This document shows, piece by piece, positions 22,401-32,620 of a stretch of 64,000 nt of DNA; the first letter of the stretch is position 1; each line of letters opens with the position of its first letter. Below the pieces are notes generated by a model. It worked only from the letters and a program-made list of their open reading frames with translations. It searched no databases and was not told the DNA's origin. Source of the DNA: Asterias rubens (taxonomy: Eukaryota); contig NC_047070.1 of NCBI RefSeq assembly GCF_902459465.1, positions 20,088,001 through 20,152,000 of the forward strand, read 5' to 3'. The position numbers were made by a program, and so were the translations under genes.

Positions 22401-25400
22401 GTAGCTGGTATTCCCTGTTTAAGCACAGCTATGTAATTGAGTCCCAATGATTTCAATGACTATTAATCTCATTTTGTTAAACTGCTAAACTGTGAAATAC
22501 GCTTGATGTAAGCATGGCTGGTATTCCCTGTTTAAGCACAGCTATGTAATTGATCCCCAATGATTTCAATGACTATTAATCTCATTTTGTTTTTGTGTTG
22601 TAGGTCTTACTATCATGGCGTCAGTACAGTGTCATTCATTCATATTCAAGGAGGAATAAAACTCAAGAGCTATGTAGGATACAAGACAAACTAAACGCAG
22701 GTATGATCAAGGATCCATACAATCGACTTTAACTGTCTTCCCATCCATTTGTTACTTCATTGTCCATTTACTCCGAAATTACTCACAAAATGTACTACCA
22801 TAAAAAAGAGCACTGGGGCTGACGATTATATAAAACATTGTTAGAAATGACACCCTTTGAAGTAATGTAGTTTTAGAGAGAAAGTTTGAACATTGAAAAG
22901 GGCTTCAGGCAAGATGTTTTCCGCAGGTTGCTGAAAACACAATTTTGTGCAACAAGGTTTTTTTTTCTCTTTCATTATTTTCTTGCAGCTTCGATGACCG
23001 ATTCCGCTCTAAATAATTGTCTTTAACATTTACCAAAAGTTTACTCTGCCTTTAACATGAACAATCTTATGTCAAACATTCTTGACTAGGTTAGCTGTGA
23101 TATTGGTTGAGCTTTGTTCAAATCACTACAGCGCTACACCTTTCAAACTCTCTCGTTTCCTGATCTTGTTACCTTCCCAGGTAAATTGAGACGCCTGCTC
23201 ACCGTCTGGCAATCATCTTATGCTAACTCAGTGACAGAGAGTGTGAAACTAGACCGTGCCATCAAGCATCATCAGAGGACTCTACTGAAGAAATCTATCC
23301 TGAGCTGGTGTTCCTTTAAAAAACAGCAGATTCATCAACAGGTAAAGTAATAGTCTTTCAAATAGGTTTGATTTCACAGGTTCAGGGATCCATTCTATAA
23401 AGCACTTTGGCCCTTTTCGCATCCACGGCTTTGGTTTTGGATTCGGCTTCATGCTCCGTTCTGACGTCTGAAGCCCTGAGCGTATACGCAAAGCACATGC
23501 GATTTTCAAAACAACCGAGGGGCCAATCGAGCCTGAGCCAAATCTGGAGCCGAAGCCGTGGTTTCAAAAAAAGGGCCTAAGATTCATCTTGAGATGGGTT
23601 GTAAATGTTGCCATAATGATTTATATTGTGACATCACACTTTGCTTAGCAATTCAGATTGATTCACAGTTAAGATTAATCTTATTTTAGCTCTTTGTGAA
23701 ATCAGGACCAGTTTTTCCTAGTTGTGTATTTTCATTTTATGTCAAGCCTTATGATATTTTTTTTAATTTTATGATTACAGTTGATGAAGAGACAAAGCAT
23801 GTGGCTTCATAACACCAGATTGTCAGCCAAGTTTTTCCTTCTATGGAGGGCACAGGTAACTTAGTTTATGCTATAGTTTGTTTTCCTCTTTAAATTTAGT
23901 TTGTATTTCCAATAGCTTTAAGTTGGGAAGGTAGTGCATTCTGCACTCCTAGTGGATGATACCCAAGCCTACATCCTTAGGGACTATGAAGGGGGTAACC
24001 CTGTTTCAGCCCAAGGAGTAGCGGGCTCCTAGTGGATGATACCCAAGCCTACATCCTTACAGACTATGAAGGGGGTAACCCTGTTTCAGCCCTAGGAGTA
24101 GGTGGCTCCTAGTGGATGATACCCAAACCTACATCCTTACAGACTATGAAGGGGGTAACCCTGTTTCAGCCCAGGAGTAGGTGGCTTCTAGTGGATGATA
24201 CCCAAGCCTATATCCTTATAGATGTGAAGGGGGTAACCCTGTTTCAGCCCCAGGAGTAGGTGGTTCCTAGTGATTGCTACCCAAACCTACATCCTTACAG
24301 ACTATGAAGGGGGTAACCCTGTTTCAGCCCAAGGAGTAGGTGCATGGTGCCCCTAGTGGCAGTTGATTTTGGTCGATAGCTCAAATCACTTTTAGTGTAG
24401 ACCTCACCTTGAAGTGGCCGTCCATCTTGTGATGGTAGGAGATCTCTCATAGTTGTTTTTGTTTTAAGCACAACAAACACATTATCTTCACTTGTAAGCT
24501 TTAAATTCACCGCGTTTGTGTATTCTTACCTAGTTCCATAAATCCAAGGAGGACCAGACTAAGACCATCATGGCACTGTGGCAATGGAGTGTGGTCCTAC
24601 AGAGAAGGGTACTAGACGCATGGGTGTTGTACGCAGCAGATAGACAGCGCAAGAAGCGACGCATCGCTGCTGCGCTGGAGCAGCGAAGGCAGTACATGCT
24701 GCAGGAAGGTGTGAGCCAATGGACTAGAGTTGGGAGCTACTTGGCTGAACAGAGGTCAAGAGTTGCTGCTGAACACCAGGCGCAGGTAGATAGAGTTATC
24801 AAAAAGATCTAAATTAAAATGAAGAAACTGAGAGAGAGAAACAGTGATTAGGTGTCTCCTACTTTGGATGAACTGGTTTATAAGTTAGGATGAGGTAGCG
24901 CCATGTGTAAATCTCTTTTAAGTACCGTTGGTTTTAAAGAGAGTCAGTGGTTGACAGCTCAACGTATCGATCAGTATGCGCTGACCAGCCTTCTGAAGAT
25001 GATCAGAGCATACTGATTGAAACATCTCGTTGTCAACCACGGCTCTCTCTCTCAGAGCAAACACTACTCAAATTAGATTAGCACATGGTGCCACTGCAAA
25101 CCTTAACTGATTATACTCCCACCATGCAAACATTACATTCTTACTTGTTAAAAGTTGTTCCAGATCACACGCAGTTCTTTACAAAACTCTGGACTTAACC
25201 TCATTATTGAATAGAAGTACATTGATTGTGTCAGATTATTTGATGAAGTTAACTTTGCTTGTGGCTGACATGTAATCTTTTCTCTGATTTTCTTAAGAAC
25301 CTTTGAGGGAGACCTTGTGCAGAAGCTTTATGAAAAGGAGCCCACAGGGCTAGTAAACTGTTTTACTTGCCTCCAGGAAGTTTTAGTAGCCCAAATGTTA

Positions 25401-28400
25401 AACGTGTAGTGTCATAAATGTATCTGCTTGGAAACAATTACAAACACTATAATTGTTAGAAGAAGTTACATTCACATTTTAAAATAAATTAAAACAGTTT
25501 AACATTTATTGTCCACTTCTGAAAAGAAAGAAATATTGGCATGTAAAACAAGTAAGTTGTGCTGTTTTAAATAGCCAAAAGAGCAAGTTGAGAAGTGGTG
25601 TTTTCTAGCCCGTTGTGTTTTTTACAAGATAATGTATGCCAGGCTATGGTTAAGAGTGAGCCCAACTTTAGAAGCATTACAGATGAAGATCTAACCATTT
25701 GACATTGTGCTTTCTCTTACAGAGTGCATACAAGGTCTTCCATGTTGTTAGACGTTGTGCAACTCACTGGCGTGACTTGACGCAAAGGCATCGACTCCAA
25801 GGCAAAAAACCACCACGCTCACCACAAGGTCCTGAACCCTACCCGTCTCAAACGCTACTCTCAACACACATGTCTGGAGCAGGGGACTCACACGCCCAAG
25901 ACTCTATGACAAAGAAGGCTAGCCTGAAGGACAGAGGTATTAACAAGGTGCCGTTATCTTCAAGCACATTACCCATCATTGCCTTAAGGTCAAACCCACA
26001 GCTCAGGGATGGATTCCAGGCTATTGACAGGTGAGTTTTGTTAATATCAAACAAAGGCCAAGAGAATTATCACTTTTAGCTTGGGTAACTGCTGATGGCT
26101 TTCAATGCGAAAACCCAAATAGTTTTGGAAATCCTGCAAAGGTTGGCCTAGTTGGTAATATCAGAATTTGTTATTGACTCAGCCACAAAGGGCCAAGGTG
26201 TATCTGTCTGATTACTTTGCTGCTTGCTTTTATAGCGACTCTTCGTTAATGACGTTTTGGTCACAATAAAGGGAAGGTCCATTACAGTATTTCCCAAAAA
26301 ACTTTGAAAGCATACATCCTTTTCTCTGAGTGGGTGTGTTTATTGAATTAATTGCTTTAGATGTACGGCGCTACAGAAGTTCTATTTATTATTAGGCTTG
26401 AAGAAGCTTCAACTAAGGTCAGGTTGGTGTAGTGGTGTCTTGCCTCGCCTTCCACCTCTGGGACCCTGGTTCCAATCCCACCAGGGCACTACATGGACCT
26501 CTGGGACCCTGATTCCAATCCCACCAGGGCACTACATGGACCTCTAGGACCCTGGTTCCAATCCCACCAGGGCACTACATGGACCTCTGGGCCCCTGGTT
26601 CCAATCCCACCAGGGCACTACATGGACCTCTGGGACCCTGGTTCCAATCCCACCAGGGCACTACATGGACCTCTGGGACCCTGGTTCCAATCCCACCAGG
26701 GCACTACATGGACCTCTAGGACCCTGGTTCCAATCCCACCAGGGCACTACATGGACCTCTGGGACCCTAGTTCCAATCCCACCAGGGCACTACATGGACC
26801 TCTGGGACCCTGGTTCCAATCCCACCAGGGCACTACATGGACCTCTGGGACCCTGGTTCCAATCCCACCAGGGCACTACATGGACCTCTGGGACCCTGGT
26901 TCCAATCCCACCAGGGCACTACATGGATTGGGTTTTCAGTCCCTGCCTGTATGCATGGGTTTTACGTGGAATAATTCTCTGAGGATTTCCTCCCACATCT
27001 AAAACTGAAATTTCATCATTATCTTCTTTCTTCTAGTTTGGCTCTTATTAGAGCGTTGAGAATATTTATCCAGAACTTCATCAAGTGAGTGATAGGAGTT
27101 ATGCAAAATGAAACACTTATTGATAGAATTATTGTTGATCATTCCAGGGCCAGACTTGAAGGTGAACCCACAGCAAGAATGCGTCCCCAACCAAGACGTC
27201 CTGATTTCCTCATGGAGTCCCTACAGAAAGAAGGACTCTGGTCTCCAGATGCTCATCAACATGGCCCAAGGTACTGTAAACAAAATCTTTAAGATATCAT
27301 CATTAAAGGGAAAGTATACTATTGGTGTTTGGAAACTGTTTGATTGTTTTAATCCTGTATAAATATATATTTAATAAAACTAACCTAAAATTTTACTTAA
27401 AATGTTGGTTGCAATTTGAGATATTTTTGAAACTTTTGAGCAGTTGTGTCTTTAGACCCACGGAGGGGTCTTGTAAACGGAGGATGAATAATCCAAGTTG
27501 GATTACAAAATCTTAAATACATTACTGTCAGTAATGCTTCTCAGATTGATTATTTGGGGATAAAAACTTAAAATATATTTTTCCATCAAAATGTTCAATA
27601 CTATCAAAAGATAGTGTAGGGTTCTTACAAAGTAATCTTTACTTGCTAAGTTTTAAGAGTGATTACAAATAAATACCTACCCTTAAAGAAGAAACACTTG
27701 TGTACACCCACATCTTGCCTCTAAAGTGTCGTGTAAATTCTACCAAAACTCAAAGTTAACACTATTTTGATCTGATGTTTCAGTGGCGGTCCTTATGAAC
27801 CAGAGCAAGAGCTTTTCTTGAAGCAACAGCAAGATATTCCAGGAGTAACCAGGAGTAATAAGAAATATAACAGAGACCTACCTACTCCCGCTGGTCTTCC
27901 AGTTGCACCCAAACCTCAAGTAGCACATCTTCCTGTGTCAACACAACCAAACGGACAAGTCCAGAAAATAACGCCTAAGGAAAGCTTGATCCCTGACCCA
28001 GATGCCTTGCCTAGACTCACAGTACCTCCTCCCCAGCCCTTTGTTCCTAAACACCTTGATGGGTTTGAAAGCCCAGGACTTAGGGTAGCTGGTGATGTGC
28101 AGCTGCAAGTCACAGCAGACTTTGGGGGACAGTCTTCACAGGCGATGGATACAATACATGGCTCTGCAAGTCACAATGATTCATCTGTGGAAGGTCCTGG
28201 AGAAGGCTCATCAACTGACTTGAAGCATCCGTCAAGAGAAGATCTGGGTTTGATGCAGGGAGACGGAGAAACCAAAGGCCTTGAGATGTCTCCCCCACCA
28301 ACACCCCAGAAACATGTTCTCCTCCCACCCTCTGCTTTCATGATACCCAAACCCAACTCAACAATCATTCAAACTTCTCAACTTCATGGAGGAAGCTTAG

Positions 28401-30756
28401 CCATTTCCCCACCATACAATGTCTCACAAACCAAACTGTTACCAGGCAAAGCTAGAGAACAAGACCACAGGTCCCCTCTGTTGCCTAAGAAACAGCAGTC
28501 ACCTTCAACAAACAGGAAGAGGTGGGACCAAGACAGTGAAGTCAAAACTTGTAAGGATGAAAAAGCAGACATTTATAAAGAGGTTCAGGAGATTCATGAG
28601 GAGTTAAAGGGCTACCAAACATCCAAAGAGAAACTCAGGTGAGGCAATGTAAAAAACTACTGCTTCAATAGCCCTCAAAATAACCCGATAAACATCTGAA
28701 GATACTCGGCAATAAAAAGTGTTGACTGTTGTTCAGTAACCGCACTAATACAAAAACGTCTATTTCATTGCAAGAAAATTCATCGTGGTGTAAACTTATT
28801 TTGTTTGTACATCTTGGCAGTTTAGAAAAGACACAATGTTTTAACAATTTGTAATTTGCATGTTATGTACTTGCTGCTTAGGAGTTGTCTACAAGCCACG
28901 GCTTAACTAACAGCCTCATGCTCTCGCTCCTTTATTGCACATAGTTAATTCCTAGTTATTAATTTATTATTTGCTTTTAGTTTATATTGTTTTTCTGTAT
29001 AATTTAATATACTTTAGATTTGTTAAATTTCTATGTACTGTTTAATTCTCACAATTGTTTTTTTTTCAACAAGAGTATGGAATAAACGTTTAGTGAATTG
29101 AATTGAATTGAGTAGTTACACATTGTGGCTCTGACATGGTGGAATAGGAATTTACAAAATCAAAGTTTACAGCACTGAGACAATGGATTGTGATTTGGAA
29201 AGAGGGGTAAATAGCTATTGATCAATATTTTGATAGTCATCATGTATATTCTGATTACTTGTGTGAATTATTTAATAGCAATCTTTTGGTAATTCTTCTG
29301 CACAGGACACTGAAGGATCAGAAGTCCCAGCTGGTAACCTGGTTGACAGAGTACCAACCAGTTCAGAATCAGAACGTAGAGATGAAAGATCCAGTTGTCT
29401 TAGAAGTACAGAAAGAATTAGAACAGGTGAGTTTGTTTTCAAGCTATTCATCTTAAAGCATGTCATGTAAAAAGTGAAATTTTCTTTTCCCATGTTATAT
29501 TCAGTACTTGATATTTTCTCCATCTTTACTTCCCTGAGACATTCATCATTCTTGCCAGGCCATGTGATCCTATGCTATACATCTCTCCAACAATCCAGGG
29601 GCCAGTTCAACAATGTTGCGACCTTCTGGTCACTGGTTCTGGCAAGAATGTATTACAGTGTTGTTCTTTATATCTTGTTTTGGGAGCAGGAGTGGGATCA
29701 GTTCAAAGAGCAACTGTCTGGTCTTGCAGTGCTACAATCCTTGCCAAAATGCTTGGGCCATCCATTGCATTGTTACAACAAACATTCCCTGTCCACTTCC
29801 CCCATGACAATAAACACTCTTTCCCTCTTCCCCTGTCCCCCTGCTCAATGTTGATGGGAGCACTGAAGACAGCGCAAGGAGAGCCAACATTGAAAGGGGG
29901 GCACGGGGGCCCAACAAGATATGACCCGAATTGTAGCTCATATATAATTTTATTATGATGTCCAAGTCCACATTGTATTTTACCTTTGCTTATATTTTGT
30001 ATTGGTGTTTGATGATGTTTCTTTGTAAACTTACATATGCTTTGAGACGTATTATTATATTTTCTTTATTGGTGGTTTTACATTTTGAAACGTGTGTATT
30101 GCGTTGAGACCTATGTTGGTGTTTTTTTCATAGATGGCTTGATATTTTGAGACATATTTAATGTGACCTATTATTGGATTTTATTGATTGGTGTTTTTTA
30201 TGTTGAAATGGTATGTGCATTGAAACCACTGTATTTTTATTCATTGATGGCTCAACATTTTGAAACATATAAATATATATATTTATGCATTGAGACCTAT
30301 TTTTGTATTTTGTTAAGATGGCTTGATATGTTGAAACATTATTATTATTATGAGATGTCAGTTATCTTGTAGGTTATTTAGAATATAATATACCCCTCGC
30401 ATATGAGGTAATTAACTTAATCCCCTTTTCTGTCCTCTGCCTTTAATTACACCCAACTTTTCCTAACTTAGGATTAATCTTAGGCCTAGTTAAGTTCCAT
30501 AACCATATACATAAGGATGCATTGAACCCATCCTAAATTTACAACGAGTTATCCGTAATAACTCAATATAGGATTTATCCTAGCATTTGATTGGTCATGT
30601 TTGTGTTATTCTGAAATAATAATCAATGAATATTTTTGCTTTATATAGATTCAAGATGAGATACATGAGCTGTCCATTAAGTTGAAGGAGAGCAAGCCTG
30701 TGATTGGTCATCTAGTTTCTAGAGTTGCAACACTTATGGTTGAGATTGAAGTTTAG
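10483..30756 (+). CDS. SFI1: SFI1 centrin-binding centriolar protein, about 1404 aa, 28 coding exons
   Basis: Exons: 10483-10703, 11134-11205, 11767-11877, 12251-12345, 12577-12797, 13299-13458, 13688-13849, 14316-14386, 14876-14968, 15358-15455, 16139-16205, 16657-16787, 17834-17915, 18726-18818, 19428-19513, 19907-19982, 20418-20513, 20955-21031, 21455-21557, 22604-22700, 23181-23341, 23781-23855, 24534-24785, 25723-26030, 27148-27270, 27784-28638, 29306-29426, 30649-30756. Total 4215 nt and every phase matches. Colinear similarity to human SFI1: GRLKELRIRHLARKYLHLW, EWKLTIRADYHRR, ALWQWSVVLQRRVLDAWV, VVRRCATHWR, QPRRPDFLMESL, with periodic Trp centrin-binding repeats. The start codon is uncertain because an acceptor at 10466 shows an earlier exon exists. 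Confidence 0.95.
11478..11660. mobile_element. GTACT-rich degenerate element, possibly hAT-derived
   Basis: Dense GTACT(C) motifs between CAGTGTTGT and ACAATACAG (imperfect TIR). No TSD found. Confidence 0.35.
13850..14315 (+). other. U12-type (minor spliceosome) GT-AG intron in SFI1
   Basis: The 5' end GTATCCTTT matches the U12 consensus. Branch-site-like TCCTTAAT is at 14291-14298, under 20 nt from the AG, and there is no polypyrimidine tract. This junction keeps the frame (WRL-Y-IEMKSEM); the nearby ag|gtggag donor would give a stop. Confidence 0.85.
14587..14714 (+). repeat. Tandem duplication, 64 bp x2
   Basis: TCTTGACTATGGGATGAACC...GGGAGAAATTCT occurs twice in direct succession. Confidence 0.9.
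15500..15720 (-). mobile_element. SINE fragment resembling the Nin/Deu-type central domain
   Basis: The reverse complement has CTTCTCTCCA..AAATGGGTAC..GGACTTGCATCCTGTCCAAGGGAAATAGAAATATTCTCAGTC..AAACCGGGTATAAAC, matching the widespread SINE core as I recall it. Confidence 0.55.
17228..17590 (+). mobile_element. Near full-length tRNA-derived SINE
   Basis: A box TGGCCGAGTGG, B box GGTTCGAATCCC, core GTGTCCTTGAGCAAG..CTTCTCTTCACCCAGG..AAATGGGTACC, a LINE-like 3' end AAGCGCTT..GCGCTATATAAAT and a (TTA)n tail. Confidence 0.85.
18935..19316. mobile_element. Harbinger-like MITE with an internal minisatellite; same family at about 22104-22335, 37486-37645, 42852-43037, 45354-45536 and 62602-62790
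   Basis: TIR GGCCTAATTTCAT / ATGAAATTGGTCC with a CTG duplication; the 45354-45536 copy has a CAG duplication. Confidence 0.8.
19041..19260 (+). repeat. 42-bp minisatellite, 5 full copies plus a partial
   Basis: Identical copies of ATTCCCTGCTAGCCTGTGCAATATGCATGATGTAAGCGCAGA; this explains the repetitive ORFs in the track. Confidence 0.95.
20491..20700 (+). repeat. Triplication (73-75 bp period) of an SFI1 exon end plus its splice donor
   Basis: AGAAAGGTCTTAGAGCCTTCAAG|GTTAGTATATGGATCCTTAGCTGC occurs at 20491, 20564 and 20639. Confidence 0.9.
22270..22590 (+). repeat. About 112-bp tandem repeat x3, made of a MITE end plus flank
   Basis: AAATACGCTTGATGTAAG..TTAAGCACAGCTATGTAATTGA..GACTATTAATCTCATTTTGTT occurs three times, ending just before the acceptor at 22603. 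Confidence 0.9.
23409..23577. mobile_element. Palindromic Harbinger-like MITE; a structurally similar element lies at about 44710-44838
   Basis: Ends GGCCCTTTTCG..CCACGGCTT and AAGCCGTGG..AAAAAAGGGCC. The second element has CGACTTTGGCTAC / GTAGCCGAAGTCG arms. Confidence 0.6.
23946..24342 (+). repeat. About 80-bp minisatellite, 5 copies
   Basis: Units CTCCTAGTGGATGATACCCAAGCCTACATCCTTA..GACTATGAAGGGGGTAACCCTGTTTCAGCCC.AGGAGTAGGTGG start at 23946, 24026, 24106, 24185 and 24264. Confidence 0.9.
24947..25040. mobile_element. Palindromic remnant resembling a Penelope-like retroelement terminal repeat; one arm recurs at about 15809-15845
   Basis: Inverted arms GTGGTTGAC..ATCGATCAGTATGCGCTGA / TCAGAGCATACTGATTGAAAC..GTCAACCAC. 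Confidence 0.5.
26417..27040 (+). mobile_element. tRNA-derived SINE whose B-box/T-arm segment is amplified 11 times
   Basis: Head GGTCAGGTTGGTGTAGTGGT (A box), then the array, then a body with TGGGTTTT..TTTCCTCCCACATC resembling the V/Meta-type SINE core. Confidence 0.8.
26455..26927 (+). repeat. 43-bp minisatellite, 11 copies
   Basis: Unit CCTCTGGGACCCTGGTTCCAATCCCACCAGGGCACTACATGGA; 473 bp = 11 x 43. Confidence 0.95.
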
Positions 30757-31050
30757 GCATCGGGATGTGGGTTCGAACCCCTGTCATGATATTTGTGTCA
30801 TGAGCAGGACACTCAACCATAAGCTTCTTGTGTGTAGAGTTGTGACACTTATGATTGAGATTGAAGTTTAGGCATCGGGATGTGGGTTTGAATCCCTGTC
30901 GTGACATTTTGTCTTATTGAGCAGGACACAAGCTTCTCTCCACCCGTTGGTAGAATGGGTACCCATGAGGGCAGAGATGGTTAATGTGAATGCTTGGAGC
31001 ACGGTAACTGGCAGCACCGGCTGTATACTCTCTAGGGAGCTGAGATGGAT
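30720..31050 (+). mobile_element. SINE fragment abutting the SFI1 stop codon, with a 115-bp tandem duplication
   Basis: TAGAGTTG..ACACTTATG.TTGAGATTGAAGTTTAGGCATCGGGATGTGGGTT(C/T)GAA occurs at 30720 and 30835, followed by SINE core CTTCTCTCCACCC..AATGGGTACC. Confidence 0.7.
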
Positions 31051-32620
31051 TGGGGGTTATTAGCTGGCTGTTGTTAATGTACTGAGCCAATAAATACAGT
31101 TAACTATAACAAGGACAAAAAGCATCAGAATTTACAACTTGCTCTGCTGAAATATTTTTTAGAATTGAGCTATAAAATTAACTGCATAACTTACTGTGCT
31201 GAAATTGTACACAAAAATGCTTTGCAAAGGGGCCATTATTCGCGAGTTCTCATAACATGTTAATAAACACACCCACGTGACTTCTTTGAGGTAAATACTC
31301 GTGCAATTAACTTCTGATTCTGTGTCATTTCTAAACAATATTTCATAGTCTGATGCAAAATAAGTTTGTTAACCGACTTATAAAGTGCTATATGTTTTCA
31401 TCTGGTTTAATAAAACAAATCAAAAATGATGGAATTCTTACCAACAAAAATACGTGACTCTGTTCTGTTGATGCTCTTTGCTGGCGTGGGTTGGCTTAAA
31501 ACGTCAACATTAGATTAGATTGGTTTCATAGCCAATGAATGAAGCAATCACAGGAATTTGAAGAAATTGTCTCACATCATAAAAAAAACAAAAACAATTA
31601 TTGGTTCAAACATAATCGCATCCGTCATGCCTTGCCCATTTTTTCGTGATGGGATTTTGTTGACAAGATGGAAATAAGCTGAGCTTGGCTTTCATTATTT
31701 CTTTTACCAGTCCCAATATATCATTTCCATCAAAAGTTTTGATACAATGAGGAACTTTCTTAAATTCATTGACCATTAATTGAATTCGTAATTGAGCGTT
31801 TTACTCATTTTTTTTTTATATAATCGGTGTGATGCAAAATGTATTCTAAATCGGATTTTCACTATTTTCTTTCTCGTGAGCCAGATGGCCGATTGATCTC
31901 AAACTTCTACATGTTTGTCAAGTGATGTATATGGTGGATTACATAAAGTGCTTACACTGCCAGCAACTGTTTTGTTAGCAAAAACAAATTCTATAAGGTC
32001 CCTTAAAAGAGTGATTGTTGTACAATACTGGGGACCAATGGTTAAAAACATACCATGCACGCGGCAGTCACATCACACAACCTGCATGCGCGTGTGACGC
32101 ACTCAAGAAGATTACATCCCCGCGTCACAAAGACGACCGCGCGTTTCAATGACGGAACAATGCTTGCATAAGCGAGCGTTTCCATAGCTTTGTAAAATAG
32201 GGGGGATATGACAGTGTCATGATCCAAAAACAAATCAGCTGAAATTATTAAGTTATAAGTCGTCTGCAGATAGACGGGTGGCTCGGCGTGGTGTTTTTTG
32301 TGTGGTGAATAACTTTTGGAGGCGTTAGTATATTCTTGCCTTTTGGCTCCTTAAGAGAAACGTTAGTAATGGAGAGTCCGTTTACTCTCTTTGTCATTAT
32401 CATCATATTATAAATGATAGAAACGAATTCATTTCTAGGCTTGCATATGCCTAACAAATACTTAAACAAAACGTGAATTTTCATTTTTTTTTACTAAACA
32501 AATTAATCTGCTATTTAGCACATAACTTTAAATGCTACCAAAATGATAACAAAGCCAATACCAAACAATGTTGAATTCCTTCATGGTATTACAGTTGAAT
32601 CGACCCAGTTAACGTAGACC

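Noticed and set aside
26455-26927. CRISPR-like appearance of the regular arrays (also 19041-19260 and 23946-24342)
   Set aside because: Head-to-tail units with no unique spacers, no cas genes, and a eukaryotic context.
26493-27002. 169-aa and 105-aa repetitive ORFs
   Set aside because: Products of the stop-free 43-bp SINE-derived array, lying in an SFI1 intron with no splice support.
27916-28607. Short ORFs overlapping the 855-nt SFI1 exon
   Set aside because: Alternative-frame or antisense shadows.
29474-30372. Several 60-128 aa ORFs in the last SFI1 intron
   Set aside because: AT-rich low-complexity or degenerate repeat sequence with no domain signal.
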